Assembly (NCBI GenBank): GCA_965287045.1
Contig: OZ336871.1
Span: 68,138,001-68,202,000, forward strand
Length of the DNA stretch: 64,000 nucleotides
Source: Carcharhinus amblyrhynchos
Lineage: Eukaryota
Direction of reading: 5' to 3'
Part shown: piece after piece, positions 38,153 to 51,074 of the stretch
Layout: the number at the start of each line of letters is the position of its first letter
Numbering within the stretch: position 1 is the stretch's first letter
Position numbers and translations under genes: made by a program
Notes under the pieces: generated by a model
Told to the model about the DNA's origin: nothing
Databases searched by the model: none
Seen by the model: only the letters and a program-made list of their open reading frames with translations

Positions 38153-40439
38153 CTCACTGTGCAACCGAGCCGCTACTGCATCAGAGAACTGCTAACAAAT
38201 CAAATGGCCAGTAATCCTCAGGTCCCAATAGTGCTACCGGAAGCAGTGGCCAGTGCTAGGACTGCAATAATTCTTAAGACTGAGGAGCCAGGTCTGGAGT
38301 GAAAGTAAGTCGGGAAGGGATATTGCCAGGACCAGTCTAGAAAGCAAGTTGCGGGTAAAGGACTGGGCTGGGTGGATCAGAGGGGACAGAGAAGTGGGCT
38401 CTGAGATGAAACAGGGAAATACCTGGGAGGGGGCCGTCTCATAGGTCCAGGGTCTGTCAAGGAGTCATTTCTCCTGTTCTCCCCTACCATCATTGCCTGC
38501 CACCAGCTTGGTAGTGAGAATGTGCACTTGGCATGGGCATCTTTTCCCCTCCGCTGGTTAAATACCATCCGCAGACTGATTAGCCCATAGGTGGGCCAGC
38601 CAACGAATCCTTTCCCGCTGGTAAAATTGCAACAGGGCAGGGGTGAAGGAGTAGGTGGCAACAATAGTGCCCATGACATTTTATAGGTCCCTGTCTGTTG
38701 TAGAGGTGGGGGGAAAACAATCTGTGTCACTGTATCTCTGAAAGAATACTCAGTTAAGTTGCACATTGGTAGTTTATTTTCACCAACGAGCGGAGAGGGG
38801 AATATAATTATACCCACATTGTCCATAGTTTCTAACTCCTTAACCAATGTATCCCTCTCTATTTCACATGCTGTGGTGGAGCTGAGTACCATAGACATTA
38901 GAACAAGATGGTTATGAGATTTTGTCAACAGAAAATAAGTTTGGAACATAACATGAAAGATATAACAGTGTAGGTACTGGTCAGAGCGTTCTGTAACTTT
39001 TAGCAGCTCAATACACCCAACTGTTTGACTGGAGTTCAGTTGTGACTCATTCAGAAGTCCATCAAGGTGACTTTAAAAATGCATGGTATATGAATGTCCT
39101 GGATCCTAGGGTTCCCTTTGGATCTTGTAAGGGGCAAAGCCTCTGCCATGAAGGTCCTTTAAGCAAGGATCCGGGGCTGAAGTGAAGTGAGGTTCACCAG
39201 CCTCTGATAGAGTGAAAGTGGACCCCTTTAAAGAGGAGGGAGAAGGAACTTGGACATCTGAAGGTTAGAATTAGGAGATACTGATCAGAAACATTCCCAG
39301 AAAGTAAAAGGGAAAACATGTATTGGAGTCTCCAGTGTCAGGAAATCTGGAGATACAACTGAACAGGGTTAGCTGGTTCTCTGATAATTTTGCTGATCTC
39401 CAGCTTGAGTTATTGTGAGAGATTGGAGCATCCTGATGGAAATTCAGGGTTAATATATTCTACAAAGTACATTGAAGAAGAAGGGGAAAGGTGGAGAGCC
39501 TTTAAGTTGTCGATATCTTCCAACAGAGGTATTAAAAGAGTTTGAGTATCATTTGTCACAAATGGCTGAAATTTCCGCTGGAATTTTTCCAGGGATTTGT
39601 AGGAAAATCAGTGGAAACCCTAGAGCATTGGAACAAAGGCAAACCAAGCTATTTAATTTAGAAAGGGCAATTCACTCCCAAATAGATTTTGCCACAGATT
39701 TATGGTAACACTGTCTACTACCAATTATCCATAGAGAATACAGAAACACACCAAGTGATGATTATCAGCTTCTCCAGAATACAGCTTGTCCAAGCAATAT
39801 ATAAAATAACAGACTTTGTTGTGATTAATATTAATATCAATCCTCACACACAATACATTTCAACAAATAAGCTTTTAATGATGGATGGGAGGGAGAGAGG
39901 AAGAGGGAGAGAGGGATCTTCAGTGTTTGCAGTGATCAGTACCAATATGAATGGACACGCTAAACCTTGGTCTGATTCTCATTAAAAGTAATTATATTTC
40001 AATGTTAAGTTGTTTTACAACTGCCTGCAAGAAATTTGGTAAATTTATTAACACTTCATATTTAAATAGAGTATCTGAAGCTGGAGCACAGCTCATCTGG
40101 CCTGTACTTTTAACTTCACTGCCCAAGTACATCCTGTGAGTACAATAACTGGAACTGAGATTAGTTAGACATTGTTAATTTATTGTAAATTTCAGATTAC
40201 AGATGAGTAATTGGCTTTCTCTCGTCTCTTTTTAGAAAGACTTACTTAGAAAGACCCATCAAAACGTATGACATGTGAGGACATGGTGTGTGACATATGA
40301 ATATATAAACATTTCAAAATTTTGGCTTGTGTTTTAATGATATCCTGAATTGAAGCTCTGGAAATCCCTCTCTAAATTTCTCTTCATGCCTTTCCCCCTT
40401 TGGGATGTTTCACAACATTAAATATGCTCCTTAATTGCA

Positions 40440-40635
40440 AGGTGGCTGGTTAGCTCCATTAGTTGGATGGCTACTGTATGGTTCAGAATAATGCCAATAG
40501 GGTAGGTTTGATTCTTGATCCAGCTGAAGTAGAATTGTAAGCTGCTTCCTCACTCTGCACCAGACTGTGGAAGGCAATGGCAAACCATCACTGATAAAAA
40601 CTGCCAAGACAAATGGCTCCAGATGAATCATGAGC
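40440..40635 (+). mobile_element. Short tRNA-derived SINE with an RTE/BovB-like tail
   Basis: Head GGTTAGCTCCATTAGTTGG...GGTTTGATTC; tail GGAAGGCAATGGCAAACCA...AAAACTGCCAAGA. Confidence 0.6.
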
Positions 40636-41479
40636 AGACAATGAGCCAAGGACTTCCCTTGGGGCAGAGAAGTCATGGAATGGAATAAATACAAACTGCT
40701 GATTTTGTGTATGATCCCATTCAGATACCAGATACCATCCAAGGCTAATGAAATCTAGCCTTGATATAGATTTTATAAATTTATGTCCCCATTATGGAGT
40801 TTCATGTACTGGGAATATCTGATGGAAATTCGGGCATGAGGATCAAGACAGAAATTCTTTGGGGTCAACTAATAATCTTACCTGAATTCCCAGTAAGCAT
40901 TTCCACTGCATGGAGCTCTGTATCAGGAGATGGATTCATAAATCTACTCTTATTTCTCTGAAGACGCATGACAGTTTGCCTGTTAATTTTTAAAAACTGA
41001 TGGGTGTTAATTTTTCAGTGATTTCCTTGGCTGGGTAAACCCTATGTATCTTGCATTTCAATGCGGTATCTAAAGCATGTGTAAAGGATATATGACAAAT
41101 GGGAATTTAAATATAAAATGACAAATGAAAGGAAATGAATTAATCCATGCTGGAATATATATATATAGACAAAATTCAACTCCACTGTGTTAATTCATTG
41201 CAGTTAAGTAATCACATAGAAAAAATACCTCTAAATGTCAGTCTCCATTAGCATGGAATGCTGTTTGATGCAATGGTTTCATAGCTAAACTGCCAATAAA
41301 TACTGCAACAGTGTGGCGACTGTTAGTCTTTGCATTTATTGATTTTTTTAAGGTGTGACTCCCGTTCATCTGAAAAAGATTGAAGGCTGACTGAACTCAC
41401 AATTCAAACCAGAATTCAGCATTTAGTCAACTAAGTTACCCAACCAATTTATCTAGACTCATACATAATTACAAGTGAT

Positions 41480-41800
41480 TTACTCATTCCTGGGTTGTGG
41501 GTGACACAGTTATTTATTACTTTTCCCTACTTGCCTTGGAAATATTTGATACAACCGAGAAGCTTGCTAAGACATCTTATAGATAGTTAAGAGTCAACCA
41601 CATCGGCATGGGACTGAAGTCACACATAGGTCAGACTGGGTAAGGTTTCCTTCCTTAATGAAACAATAGTTCTTTTTGACAAAAAAAACCCAACAACTTC
41701 ATGGTCACTTCTACAGATACTAGCTTTTTACTTGCAATTTTATTCTCCTTAGATTGCCATGGTGGGATTTGGACTCAAGTTCTCTGGATTATTAATTCCC
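41480..41800 (-). mobile_element. SINE family B
   Basis: GTTAAGAGTCAACCACAT...GTCACACATAGGTCAGAC...TTCATGGTCAC...GCCATGGTGGGATTTGGACTC. Confidence 0.7.
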
Positions 41801-44800
41801 TTCTGTAAGAAGGCCATCATATCTGATTGATTATTTGATCAACTCAGTTATTGTCTGCCCATTTATGCTTTAAGCGAATTTCTAACCAGACATTTACTCA
41901 GCCCTTTTTTTTAAGAAAGATCTAAGTGACAGAGTATTAATTGTTTTTACTTCATCACTTTGGACATACCATAGTGAAAATGGATACACTTTTTGAATTC
42001 AATTTAAATTCTAAAATAAAAAATACATAAGGAGGCTAAATAAGCCAACTGAGATATTGAAACTTTAAGCTAGTGCACAAACTTTCAAACAGTCTTCAAA
42101 GGCTCCACTTAATCAGCCTTAATAAACTCACTTTTATTTTTGTTGACGTTGGATCTTTCAACTCTATCTGAACTCACCCACCAAAAACTTGGGAAACATT
42201 TGACCTTTGTATTCACTCCGACCTGGTGCGAATTAAACACAACACAACCTGCAGCACCTGCAGGTAACACAGGAAAGCAAACCCAATATCTACAAGTTCA
42301 TTTCAAGTCGCAATTGCTTCTGAAGGAAAGTTACATTCTTTTTTACCTCTTCTACAAATAGATGCTGTTGTGTCAATTCAATTAAATGCAAAGAACATGA
42401 AAACTGAAGATACTTAACGACACCCGAGACATGAAGCAATGAATAAGTCAAAAACAATAGATTATCTCGATTGGATCATCGTTGTTAACTGTGCTAATTC
42501 CACTGTTTCTGGATAATGCTAACATCAGATGTTGCCGATGCATGTCCATTCATATGGTCAAGTTACACAAAGGGCAAAAATACAATGGCCAGGATCTTGC
42601 TTTGGTGTTGAGCGGGATGGTGTGACTGGAAGTGAACAGGACATTTGTTCATAGGTGGCATGGTTGACCAAATGCAATAGCGTTGCAGGTTGCCAATTAG
42701 ATATTAATTCAGGAGTTTATCAGCAAATCATGTGGTGGAGGTGGGTAGGAAGTCAACAATCCTGTCATTACTTCATGTTAAGGACTGGGCTCCATAGTTA
42801 AAGGGCACCAGGTCAGGCATTCAATCCCTGCAATCTAGTAGCAATAGTTTGGCTGTGTTTGTGGATGCCTTGAGATGACAACATCTGCTAGAATCTTCTG
42901 ACTGTTCAGCCCCAAAACCCCCCAGGGAATGTCAACTGTTGTGACCATTTGTTCATCAATCCTCTGGATAACCTGAATTGCTATTCCTCCCTCAGTTACT
43001 TTTGACCTTCTCTTCATCACACTTGACATTCTCTTGTTACTCTGGACGCTCAAGACCTCGCTATTGTTCTTACCTCAATAACCCTGGATCTTCTCACAAT
43101 CATGCTTAACCTCCTGTCCATGGCCATCAACCTTCCCTGTGCAGTCCAGCTTCCTTACTCTGTCCCCAGTGAGCCCTTGTAGGTCTGTCACAACCCACCC
43201 TCTCTCAATCTGCCATGCTCTGATCCCTTTGCACTTCGAACACCCCAATCTCAGTGCATCAATGATTTCTCTGCTATGGTAAAACTAAGTTCCCAGACAC
43301 AAAAATCAGCTCCAACTCAGTCCAAATCCACCAGGAAGACTAGCTCGACTGCTGTATGCCATCTTTAACCAGTAGTGATTCCAAAACATGTGTTTCTCAT
43401 TCACTGCAGATTTAATTACTAAAGTAGTATTTAACCTGGTGAAATAGTGTTTCAATGGACATCCATTTTATGCTAATGCATTAAAAGTAGATTCCTTTCA
43501 CATGCCATCAGGAAGCTCAATCTGCCTTCAATACACCACAAACTTAATGCCTTATTTTCATCTTGCTGTCAGGAATCTGATATTTTGCCTCCTACACAAT
43601 GAAGTTAGCACACCTTGTTTCCCGCTGTCAGGGCAGCATAAAATCATACCTATAAAGCTTATAAAATTTCAGCTAGAAGTCAGAAGGAGGCAGCGGCCAA
43701 AGCAAATAACAAGTAAGATACTATTAAATTTACTATGGATTGGGGTTACAGAATACAATAAATCTATCAAACAATGACCATGGCAAACAGTGGTGGATCT
43801 GAATGTACATTATTCTTGTGCGAGTGAATGAAAAGGCAAGCAATGGTATTCATGCTACATGAAACAGATCCGACCTAGACATGAAAGTAGGGTCATGGAT
43901 TAGAACAATAACAAATAAATGGAAAAGTAATTCATGCATGAACAATAAACATATACAAGGCTTAACACTGTAAACACTGGTGACACTAAAATTGCAGTGA
44001 CTTGAAGTAAATGTTGAGATTGTCTGGAACATTTTAAAAGAATGTTTTTTCCCCCTTGGCTGGATAGTAGTAAGAGATTTCTAAGCTATTCACAGGCTGG
44101 AGCTAAATGATGAACTCAGATCCCTATCTCAATGAATGGAGGCGCCAACATTTCCCAATGTACAAGTCACTGAGCTTTCACCATCTGAAATGTTGTTAAA
44201 TAACTTGCACCATTTGGTTAGTATGTTGTAACTTGTTCTTAAAAAGCTTAAGTGTGAGTGGGGGATGTAATTACCAAAAGAAATAGTGATTCACATTTTT
44301 TTTTTGTTTTTTTTTCGATAGAATATCAGAGGAATTCACTTGGTAGTGATGGATAGCCTGGCTGTGGTGTGAGAGATCTAATCCGACAGCCATAATTGGA
44401 AGGATTGCACATTGTTGAAACACCATCTTTGGATGATTTTGCAGCTTAGTCATTTCTCAAAGCCAGGAGTTCCCCATTAATGTCATTGTACTGATTGTTT
44501 AAATGATCCAGTCACAAAAGAAAAGAGGACTTTAGTTTTTCATCATCCATTACAATCATTTGGAACCGCTGCCCTTCAAAAGCTGGATTCCTGTGAGCTG
44601 CATATTGTTCATGTTTTTGTGCATGAGATGGATTGACTGTGTGGTATAGGATTATGGGAGAATTTTCAGATGAATGGCATCAATGCCACCTGTTTTCTCA
44701 ACAGTATGATAGCACATTCACCTTTTTCCACTGCCTTAATCTGAGCAGGCATTGTAAAAACTCAATAACAGTAATAAAAAATCAATAAACCACCAATACA

Positions 44801-46423
44801 GCATCTTTGTAAACTTTCCGGTCACACCATCCTTCAAGACATCGATGTTTATCTATTTCTGGCCTCTTGATCCACTATCATTTTATTATAATGGCCATAC
44901 TTTCAGTTATGTAGAACTTCAGCTCTGAACGTCTCTCCCTCCACATCTCAACTCCTCTACCTTGTTTTTTTGCTTGAAGGCACTGGAGTACTTTGACCAA
45001 ACTCTTGCTTATCTGACTGAATGGATGTGCTTCTCCCGTATGCACTCAAAGTGCTCCTGCCAGTGGGAAAACCATAGTGTTTCCCACTACCAATAGCAGT
45101 GCTCGTCTGATGGGATTCACCAGCTTAACCATTTAAATTTATGCATTCTGCAGAACATGTCAGCCAGCCCAGCTTTACAGAGATTTTTAAAAGGCACCCG
45201 GATCTCAGCGTTGAGAGACAGGCCTCCTCCTGTCCCCATGGATATGGCAACCCTGCTGACCATGGGAACATCCCCAATCCCTCAGCCCCAAAGGGCATCT
45301 TACCTCCCATCGCTGAAAGAATGGATCATCTACCTGCAAAATTGTACAGGTATGAGGGTGACCCAACCGACATCCTGCACCCCAATATAGCATATCAGAC
45401 TTCTCAGATGCCTGCCTTTGTTCCTAGCTACAATGTTTATAAACATTTTGCCTTTGATTGACAGATTGGATCAATTACCCACCTAGCCATGAGGTTTCAG
45501 ATCCTCTTTTCTAAACAAATATTTAGAAAGTACTTGAGTTGCATTCAACCGTGAATGGAAAGAAAAACCAACAGAGCTCTTGGCCAGTGGGTAATCGATC
45601 CAACCTGTCAATCAAACTAGTTAAAGGTAATGGAACATGAAGTTGGCTTTTGAGCTTTCCAGGAAGTCACAGAGACCTGAAGAAAATGCAGTGTTAAAGA
45701 ATGGGACTGATTGAGTAGATATGGTGGAATGAAGAGGACCATGAGACTCACTGGATTGTGCCTACAGTCGACTGTCTGATCTGCTATTCAGCTACCAATA
45801 ACAGCAGACCAAAGTTGCCAGGCTGCACCTGCTGCTCATTCAGGCTACAAAAGGGGGTCCCTCTATGAAACTGATGTCTCCTGTCAGTCTGAGGACTTCA
45901 AAGGGATCTTCTCACACCTGGAGCTTCTGAGAACAAGGGCAATCCCTTCAGCAGAATGGAGTTGTGCTGTGGTTTTGAATACTTCCAATTGTCCATGGGG
46001 CATGGATATCAAAGTGAGCTGTGCACTTCAAGCATCTCATAGTACACAGACAGGAATGAAGATTTTTAACTGAAACCTGCTTGAGATCACCATACTAAGA
46101 GTGATCTCCACTTTTTATAGGACCAAGAGGGGCAGTCCAGCCAAGAGGTACCCATCATGGGGAAGACTCCTGAGATCAACACCTTCCCCCCAGTCCTAGC
46201 CAACTAAACCCCAACTCCCGTGGGGAACTGTCCCTCTGCAGCCTGGCAATGACAGAAGGGAAAATGGCCTTAGCACTTACCTCCTTGCTTCCCCTCAGAG
46301 TTCCAGGCATGAGATCCAGCTTAGTCAGGACCTGCATCAAATCCTGGCTGGTAGACCACGTGCTGAGGAAGGGTGGTGGGGGAGGGTATGGAGGCAGCCA
46401 ACTGAGCCATATGAGTAGATATG

Positions 46424-46779
46424 AGAATAAAAGCAAAACGTTGCAGCTGCTGGAGAGCTGACATAAAAAAAGTGCTGGAAAAACTTAGCAGTTCTGTCAG
46501 CATCCGTGGAGAGAGAAACAGAGTTGACATTTCAAGTTTAATATGACTCATATTGTACTCAAATGTTAGCTTTGTTTCTCTCTCCACAGTTGTCAGACCT
46601 GCCGAAAGTACCATCTGTAGATAGAAAAACAAAGCTCATGTTTGAGTACAATATGAGTCATAGCGGACTTGAAATGTGAACTTTGCTTCTCTATCCAGAA
46701 CTGCTGACAGACCTGCTGAATTTTTCCAGCACTATTTTGTTTCATCTCTTCAGCATCTGCAGCATTTTGCTTTTATTCT
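46424..46779. repeat. ~355 bp nested palindrome built from four Penelope-like repeat fragments
   Basis: Outer arms AGAATAAAAGCAAAA... and ...TTTTGCTTTTATTCT; inner perfect 22-bp inverted repeat at 46542-46563 and 46641-46662. Confidence 0.85.
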
Positions 46780-47035
46780 AACATCTACTCATGTGGCTTA
46801 ATATCATATTTTCTTTCATAATGTGCTCGTGTAGTGCCATGGAAACTTTTATGACATTAAAGACGTTATTTAAGTATAAACATTTTAGTTTGGTTGAAGG
46901 GATCTGTGCAAAGAAAAGATTGTCCTTATCATTATATGATCAGCATAATGATTTAATGTTCCCCCTTCTTAGGCAGCTGCTATTCTCAGTGAAGTGAAAT
47001 CCCAGTTATAAGAAATTACTGGCCAATTTGACATT

Positions 47036-47171
47036 TACTCTGATGAAGGATCATCCAGACTCAAAATGTTGGCTCCATTCTCTCTCCACAGATGTTGTCA
47101 GACATGTTGAGATTTTCCAGCATTTTCTGTTTTTGTTTCAGATTCCAGCATCCACAGTATTTTGCTTTTAT
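47036..47171 (+). repeat. Penelope-like terminal-repeat fragment with a hammerhead-like core
   Basis: CTGATGAAGGATCATCCAGACTCAAAATGTT followed by the family body. Confidence 0.7.
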
Positions 47172-49014
47172 CTTAACATTTACCTTACTCTTTCTCTTAA
47201 TTTTTCATTTTGTGGCAAATATTTTCATTCTCCAGGAGTGATTAATTAGGCATTTGTAGGTTTGCACCTTTATACCCCGTTCAGCAATAAACATTCTGAG
47301 GTCAGATAAAATGTAAAGTTCCCTCATCTCTATAGTATCAATGAATGTTAACCCCATCCTCAGGAAAACAATCCTTACTGTACTAACATGAGATTTGCCT
47401 GTAGCCTCTGGTTGTATCGCAATTACTGCCATTTGGTTTTGGCTAGTTTTGCACTGTGGGGCCTTATTAGGAACAGAGTGAGACTGACAAACTCCATTAA
47501 GCCAGCAGAGAAAACAAAAAACTTCACCTCAATATTATGGGTTGGTCTCAAACAGGGTAAGGGTAAGATCCACCGAGAACCTTTTTAGTCTTATTTAATT
47601 TATAATCTTATTTGCACCTGTACAAGTTCTGCTAAGCCAGATGTCTCTTTCTATCTTTGGAAAGGGAGTATGCATTATTTCATCCACAATAAAAAAAATT
47701 AATTAATCACACTACAAAATGCAAATATTAAAACAGGTCACTTATTGGCAAAACTTGAAAAATTCTGAAGCTAAGATCATAGCCATTGTAACAAGGCATC
47801 ATGACCAGGTCTTCCAGGAGGATGATCAAATAGTAATACTGTCAATTTTTTAAACAACATGGCAAAGCTATGACTAAGATCTCAGTCCATTCAACTTTCG
47901 GTGATAAGTTTTTTTCTCATTACCCCAAGTATGTCACAATGCTATCTTGGCATTGAAGCCCAAAAGTCATCAAAAGCAGCTTCCAAACTTAGTCAAATGG
48001 GGATCATTTTACTGTCTTTTGTTAACCTTGAGTTTTGAATGATAATACATTAGCATGTATTTATATATTTTTCTTGGTTAGTACACAGGTGTTTTATAAA
48101 ATAAAACATGAAACAATAAAACAATCAGAATTATTTCTCAAATTTCTCAGAACAGAAATGTCCAAACTTAAACATTCAACAGCAACAACACGTTTAATTT
48201 GCTGTAACACAAACATTTTTAAAAATTTTTGAAAAAGGAAAAGGTCTGACCTTAAACATACCCAAATGTAAGGGGAATATTATTGCCTGACAAAAAGGAA
48301 AAATATTGTCACTCAAATAAAACTGGCTCCATTTTATCTTCTCTCATTCTTTTCACTAAAATTTACGATAAGTAAAAACATGTTAAAAAGTACAATAGAT
48401 GCTTGTTTGAAATCAAGATTTTGTTCAAATTTACAAATCAAAGAATGACATCGGATGCTCACTTATGACCTTAATCCAGTGATTGAAACCTATTTACAGC
48501 TGAAAAAGTACAAAACGAACAATGAACTTGGTCATAAAATCAATACTGATATCAAGAATGTTGTAGAGAAATAAATAATTCAAGGTATTATTGTATCACT
48601 AATCATTCTTGACATTGGAGAAGCACAAAATAAAAGTTTTTATTTTTTTACCGGTATTTGTAAGGCATTTTTATGAATGTGTTAGATTCTTTTCCCATCT
48701 TTTCCAAAGGCACGATGACAGTATCAGCCTGACCCCAGTTCTGAAGGTTTCAATGCTTTTAGAACACCCATCCTTCATGAATAAACAAAATGGTTTCAGC
48801 ATATCACTAAAAATCTACGAGTACTTCAGCCTCCAAAGAAAACAACCAGCGATAGAGTCAAATGAAAGAAATTTGTGAAAATATTTCTGACCTGTAAGAC
48901 ATTCCTCTATTTGAAAAAATAACTTTATAGATGTGTCTTTTTAAGTGTTCCAAGATCAAGAGAAATTGTCACTATTCGCAGGCTGCTCTGTCTGAAAGAT
49001 TCAGCTGATTTATA

Positions 49015-49106
49015 CTACCCAAACAGCAGACACGACATGTCTGGGAGAGTCTTAGGGGACCGACAATGATGTCATATTAAGGAAATAGCTGGATGAACTT
49101 GGCACT
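49015..49106 (-). other. hdac9: hdac9 proximal 3'UTR (distal end not defined)
   Basis: Minus strand reads AGTGCCAAGT...TATTTCCT...TGACATCATTGT...CAGACATGTCGTGTCTGCTG, resembling the recalled mammalian HDAC9 sequence after the stop codon. Confidence 0.7.
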
Positions 49107-49146
49107 TCACAAAGCTGGCTCTTCTTCCATTGGTTCATCAGACGTT
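49107..49146 (-). CDS. hdac9: Histone deacetylase 9, terminal coding exon ((R)TSDEPMEEEPAL*)
   Basis: Acceptor TTTTTCTAG|; phase fits the previous exon; EPMEEEPAL-stop is the HDAC9 C-terminus; TGA at 49109-49107. Confidence 0.94.
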
Positions 49147-49529
49147 CTAGAAAAATAAATACGCAATCAGAATGGTACACATGGACATTTACAACCTCTG
49201 CATGGGGTCACAGTTGAATTTGAATTATCCATGATGTTTATTTGTCTTAGCCAGTCACTTATACATAAAGCATCTTTTCCTGAAGCAATATTAATAGGAC
49301 AATAGCTAACAATCAAGGACTGTCTCCAAATATATTGCAATAATGACAACCTCAGAGGCTGAAAGTTAAAGTGCTCCTGAAGAAATATTCCAGGATTCTG
49401 ACTAATCTCAAGGGTTCAAAAGTATTACCAAGCCAACAATGGTTTTGGCATAAAGGACCATCCACTGATTAATTGGCCACTGAGTTTAGAAATAAGTTGG
49501 AGCCATTATTTCCTTGAAGATCATTGTTC

Positions 49530-49870
49530 TTTTTTAATTCATTCATGGAATGTGGGCATCACTAGCTGCGCCAGCATTTAGTGCCCATCCCTAAGGACAT
49601 TTAAGAGTCAACCACATTGCTGCAAGTCTGGAGTCACATTTAGGCCAGGCAAGGATGGCAAATTTCCTTCCTTAAAGGGCATTAGTGAAGCAGATGGGTT
49701 TTTATGGCTGATCAACAATAGTTTCATGGTCACTATTAGACTTTTAAAACCAGGTTTTTATTGAATTGAAATTTGAGCATCTGTTATGGTAGGATTTGAA
49801 CCTAGGTCTTTAGAGCATTACCCTGAGTCCCTGGTTTGCTAGTCCAGTGACAATATCACTATACCATCGC
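49530..49870 (-). mobile_element. SINE family B (well preserved)
   Basis: ATTCATTCATGGAATGTGGGCATCACTAGC...TTAAGAGTCAACCACATTGC...GGATTTGAACC...CTAGTCCAGTGACAAT. Confidence 0.8.
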
Positions 49871-51074
49871 TCCCTCTTTTGATGTTGTCTTTAGATCAAT
49901 GTCAAAATATATTTCAATATACTGAAAGTAACAATGATGAATATTCATTTAAAATCAATATCAGGTACAATTTGAAGCCTTTTTGCTGAGATCAAGTGTG
50001 GGGTTCTTTGCTTTGTATAATTTTTGGATGGATTTCAATGCTGCCTTCAATCTAATGCTCCAATGATATATATGTTTCACTGTTTAAGCTCAGGCTTAAC
50101 TCCAACAAAGTGCATACTCAGTGTTCCAGAGTAGCTACAATCAATGTCCCAAGCTCCAAGACAGAAGGTGAATAACACTGTCAGGGTGACCACCAAGAAA
50201 TTAGAAGAAGGCATTGCCAATGGATCAAACTTTCTTCAAGAAGAGGATCTTGTTTGACTGCAACGATTTTCAATTTGTGGATGTCTTCCACCTGTAAGGT
50301 TGTCACAACAGAAGATATTCAGATGTTTCTTTAAAAACGTTGTGGGATGCCAGGAACTTCTGAAGGTTTTCAAGGTGAAAGCAAATAGGGTGCACCTTTC
50401 AAACCTCACTTCAGAACTGCAGTTTAATCTGCCATTGCAACAAAACTGCATTGTGATGACCCATCTGTACAACTCCTATATTCCTGTTGTGGAGACTCTC
50501 ACATTCCTCACCAGGGACATTGAGGTAGCTGGAAACAGCATTGAAGTCTGTTTGGGATTTGAACCAGCAAGTGGCAGGTCAAGGTAACCTTGAAAGTGGA
50601 TGTCACAGGAACCATCCTTCACCCTCTCCTAGCATGATACAGGGGGAATTCAAGGCTACTTTGTCTACGTGGGGCTGTCCAGAATTTGTTGGACCAGTCT
50701 ACTATAAGGCAAGAGCAAATTGTTCTGTGCATGCAACAGAAGCTGAGAGGAGTATATAGCCAACGTGAAAGAGAAATTTGGCACCTGAGAGTGATATTCC
50801 TCCTCCATTGCAGGTAAAAACCCAGTCATCAGGAGTGCAGTGATCTTGGTGTTGCTGCACGTGTGCATCTCTGACCCATTCAATGCCCTGCATCACGGTC
50901 GTTACCTGAGCAATCTTCTACTTTAACAGGACACCAAAAATAGATGATGCCCACCGAGATCTCTGGATAACAGGAAGAACATCTTTCCCAATATCATCCA
51001 CTACTGATGGCTACCTCTGTGTACAACTGTAACAAGCTGTAAATATCCATTGGTATGCAAACACCCAGAGCTGG

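Noticed and set aside
38377-38949. 190-aa minus-strand ORF
   Set aside because: No recognisable domain or splice context; overlaps decayed GC-rich repeat-like sequence.
45125-46420. ORF cluster including the 106-aa ORF at 45141-45461
   Set aside because: No family motif recognised; probably decayed DNA-transposon sequence, which I could not classify.
47500-48700. hdac9 polyadenylation site
   Set aside because: Several minus-strand AATAAA/ATTAAA candidates (e.g. 48644-48639) in AT-rich sequence; cannot choose among them without transcript data.
50050-51060. Possible decayed LINE or other coding remnant
   Set aside because: Only vague similarity; no convincing motif found by eye.
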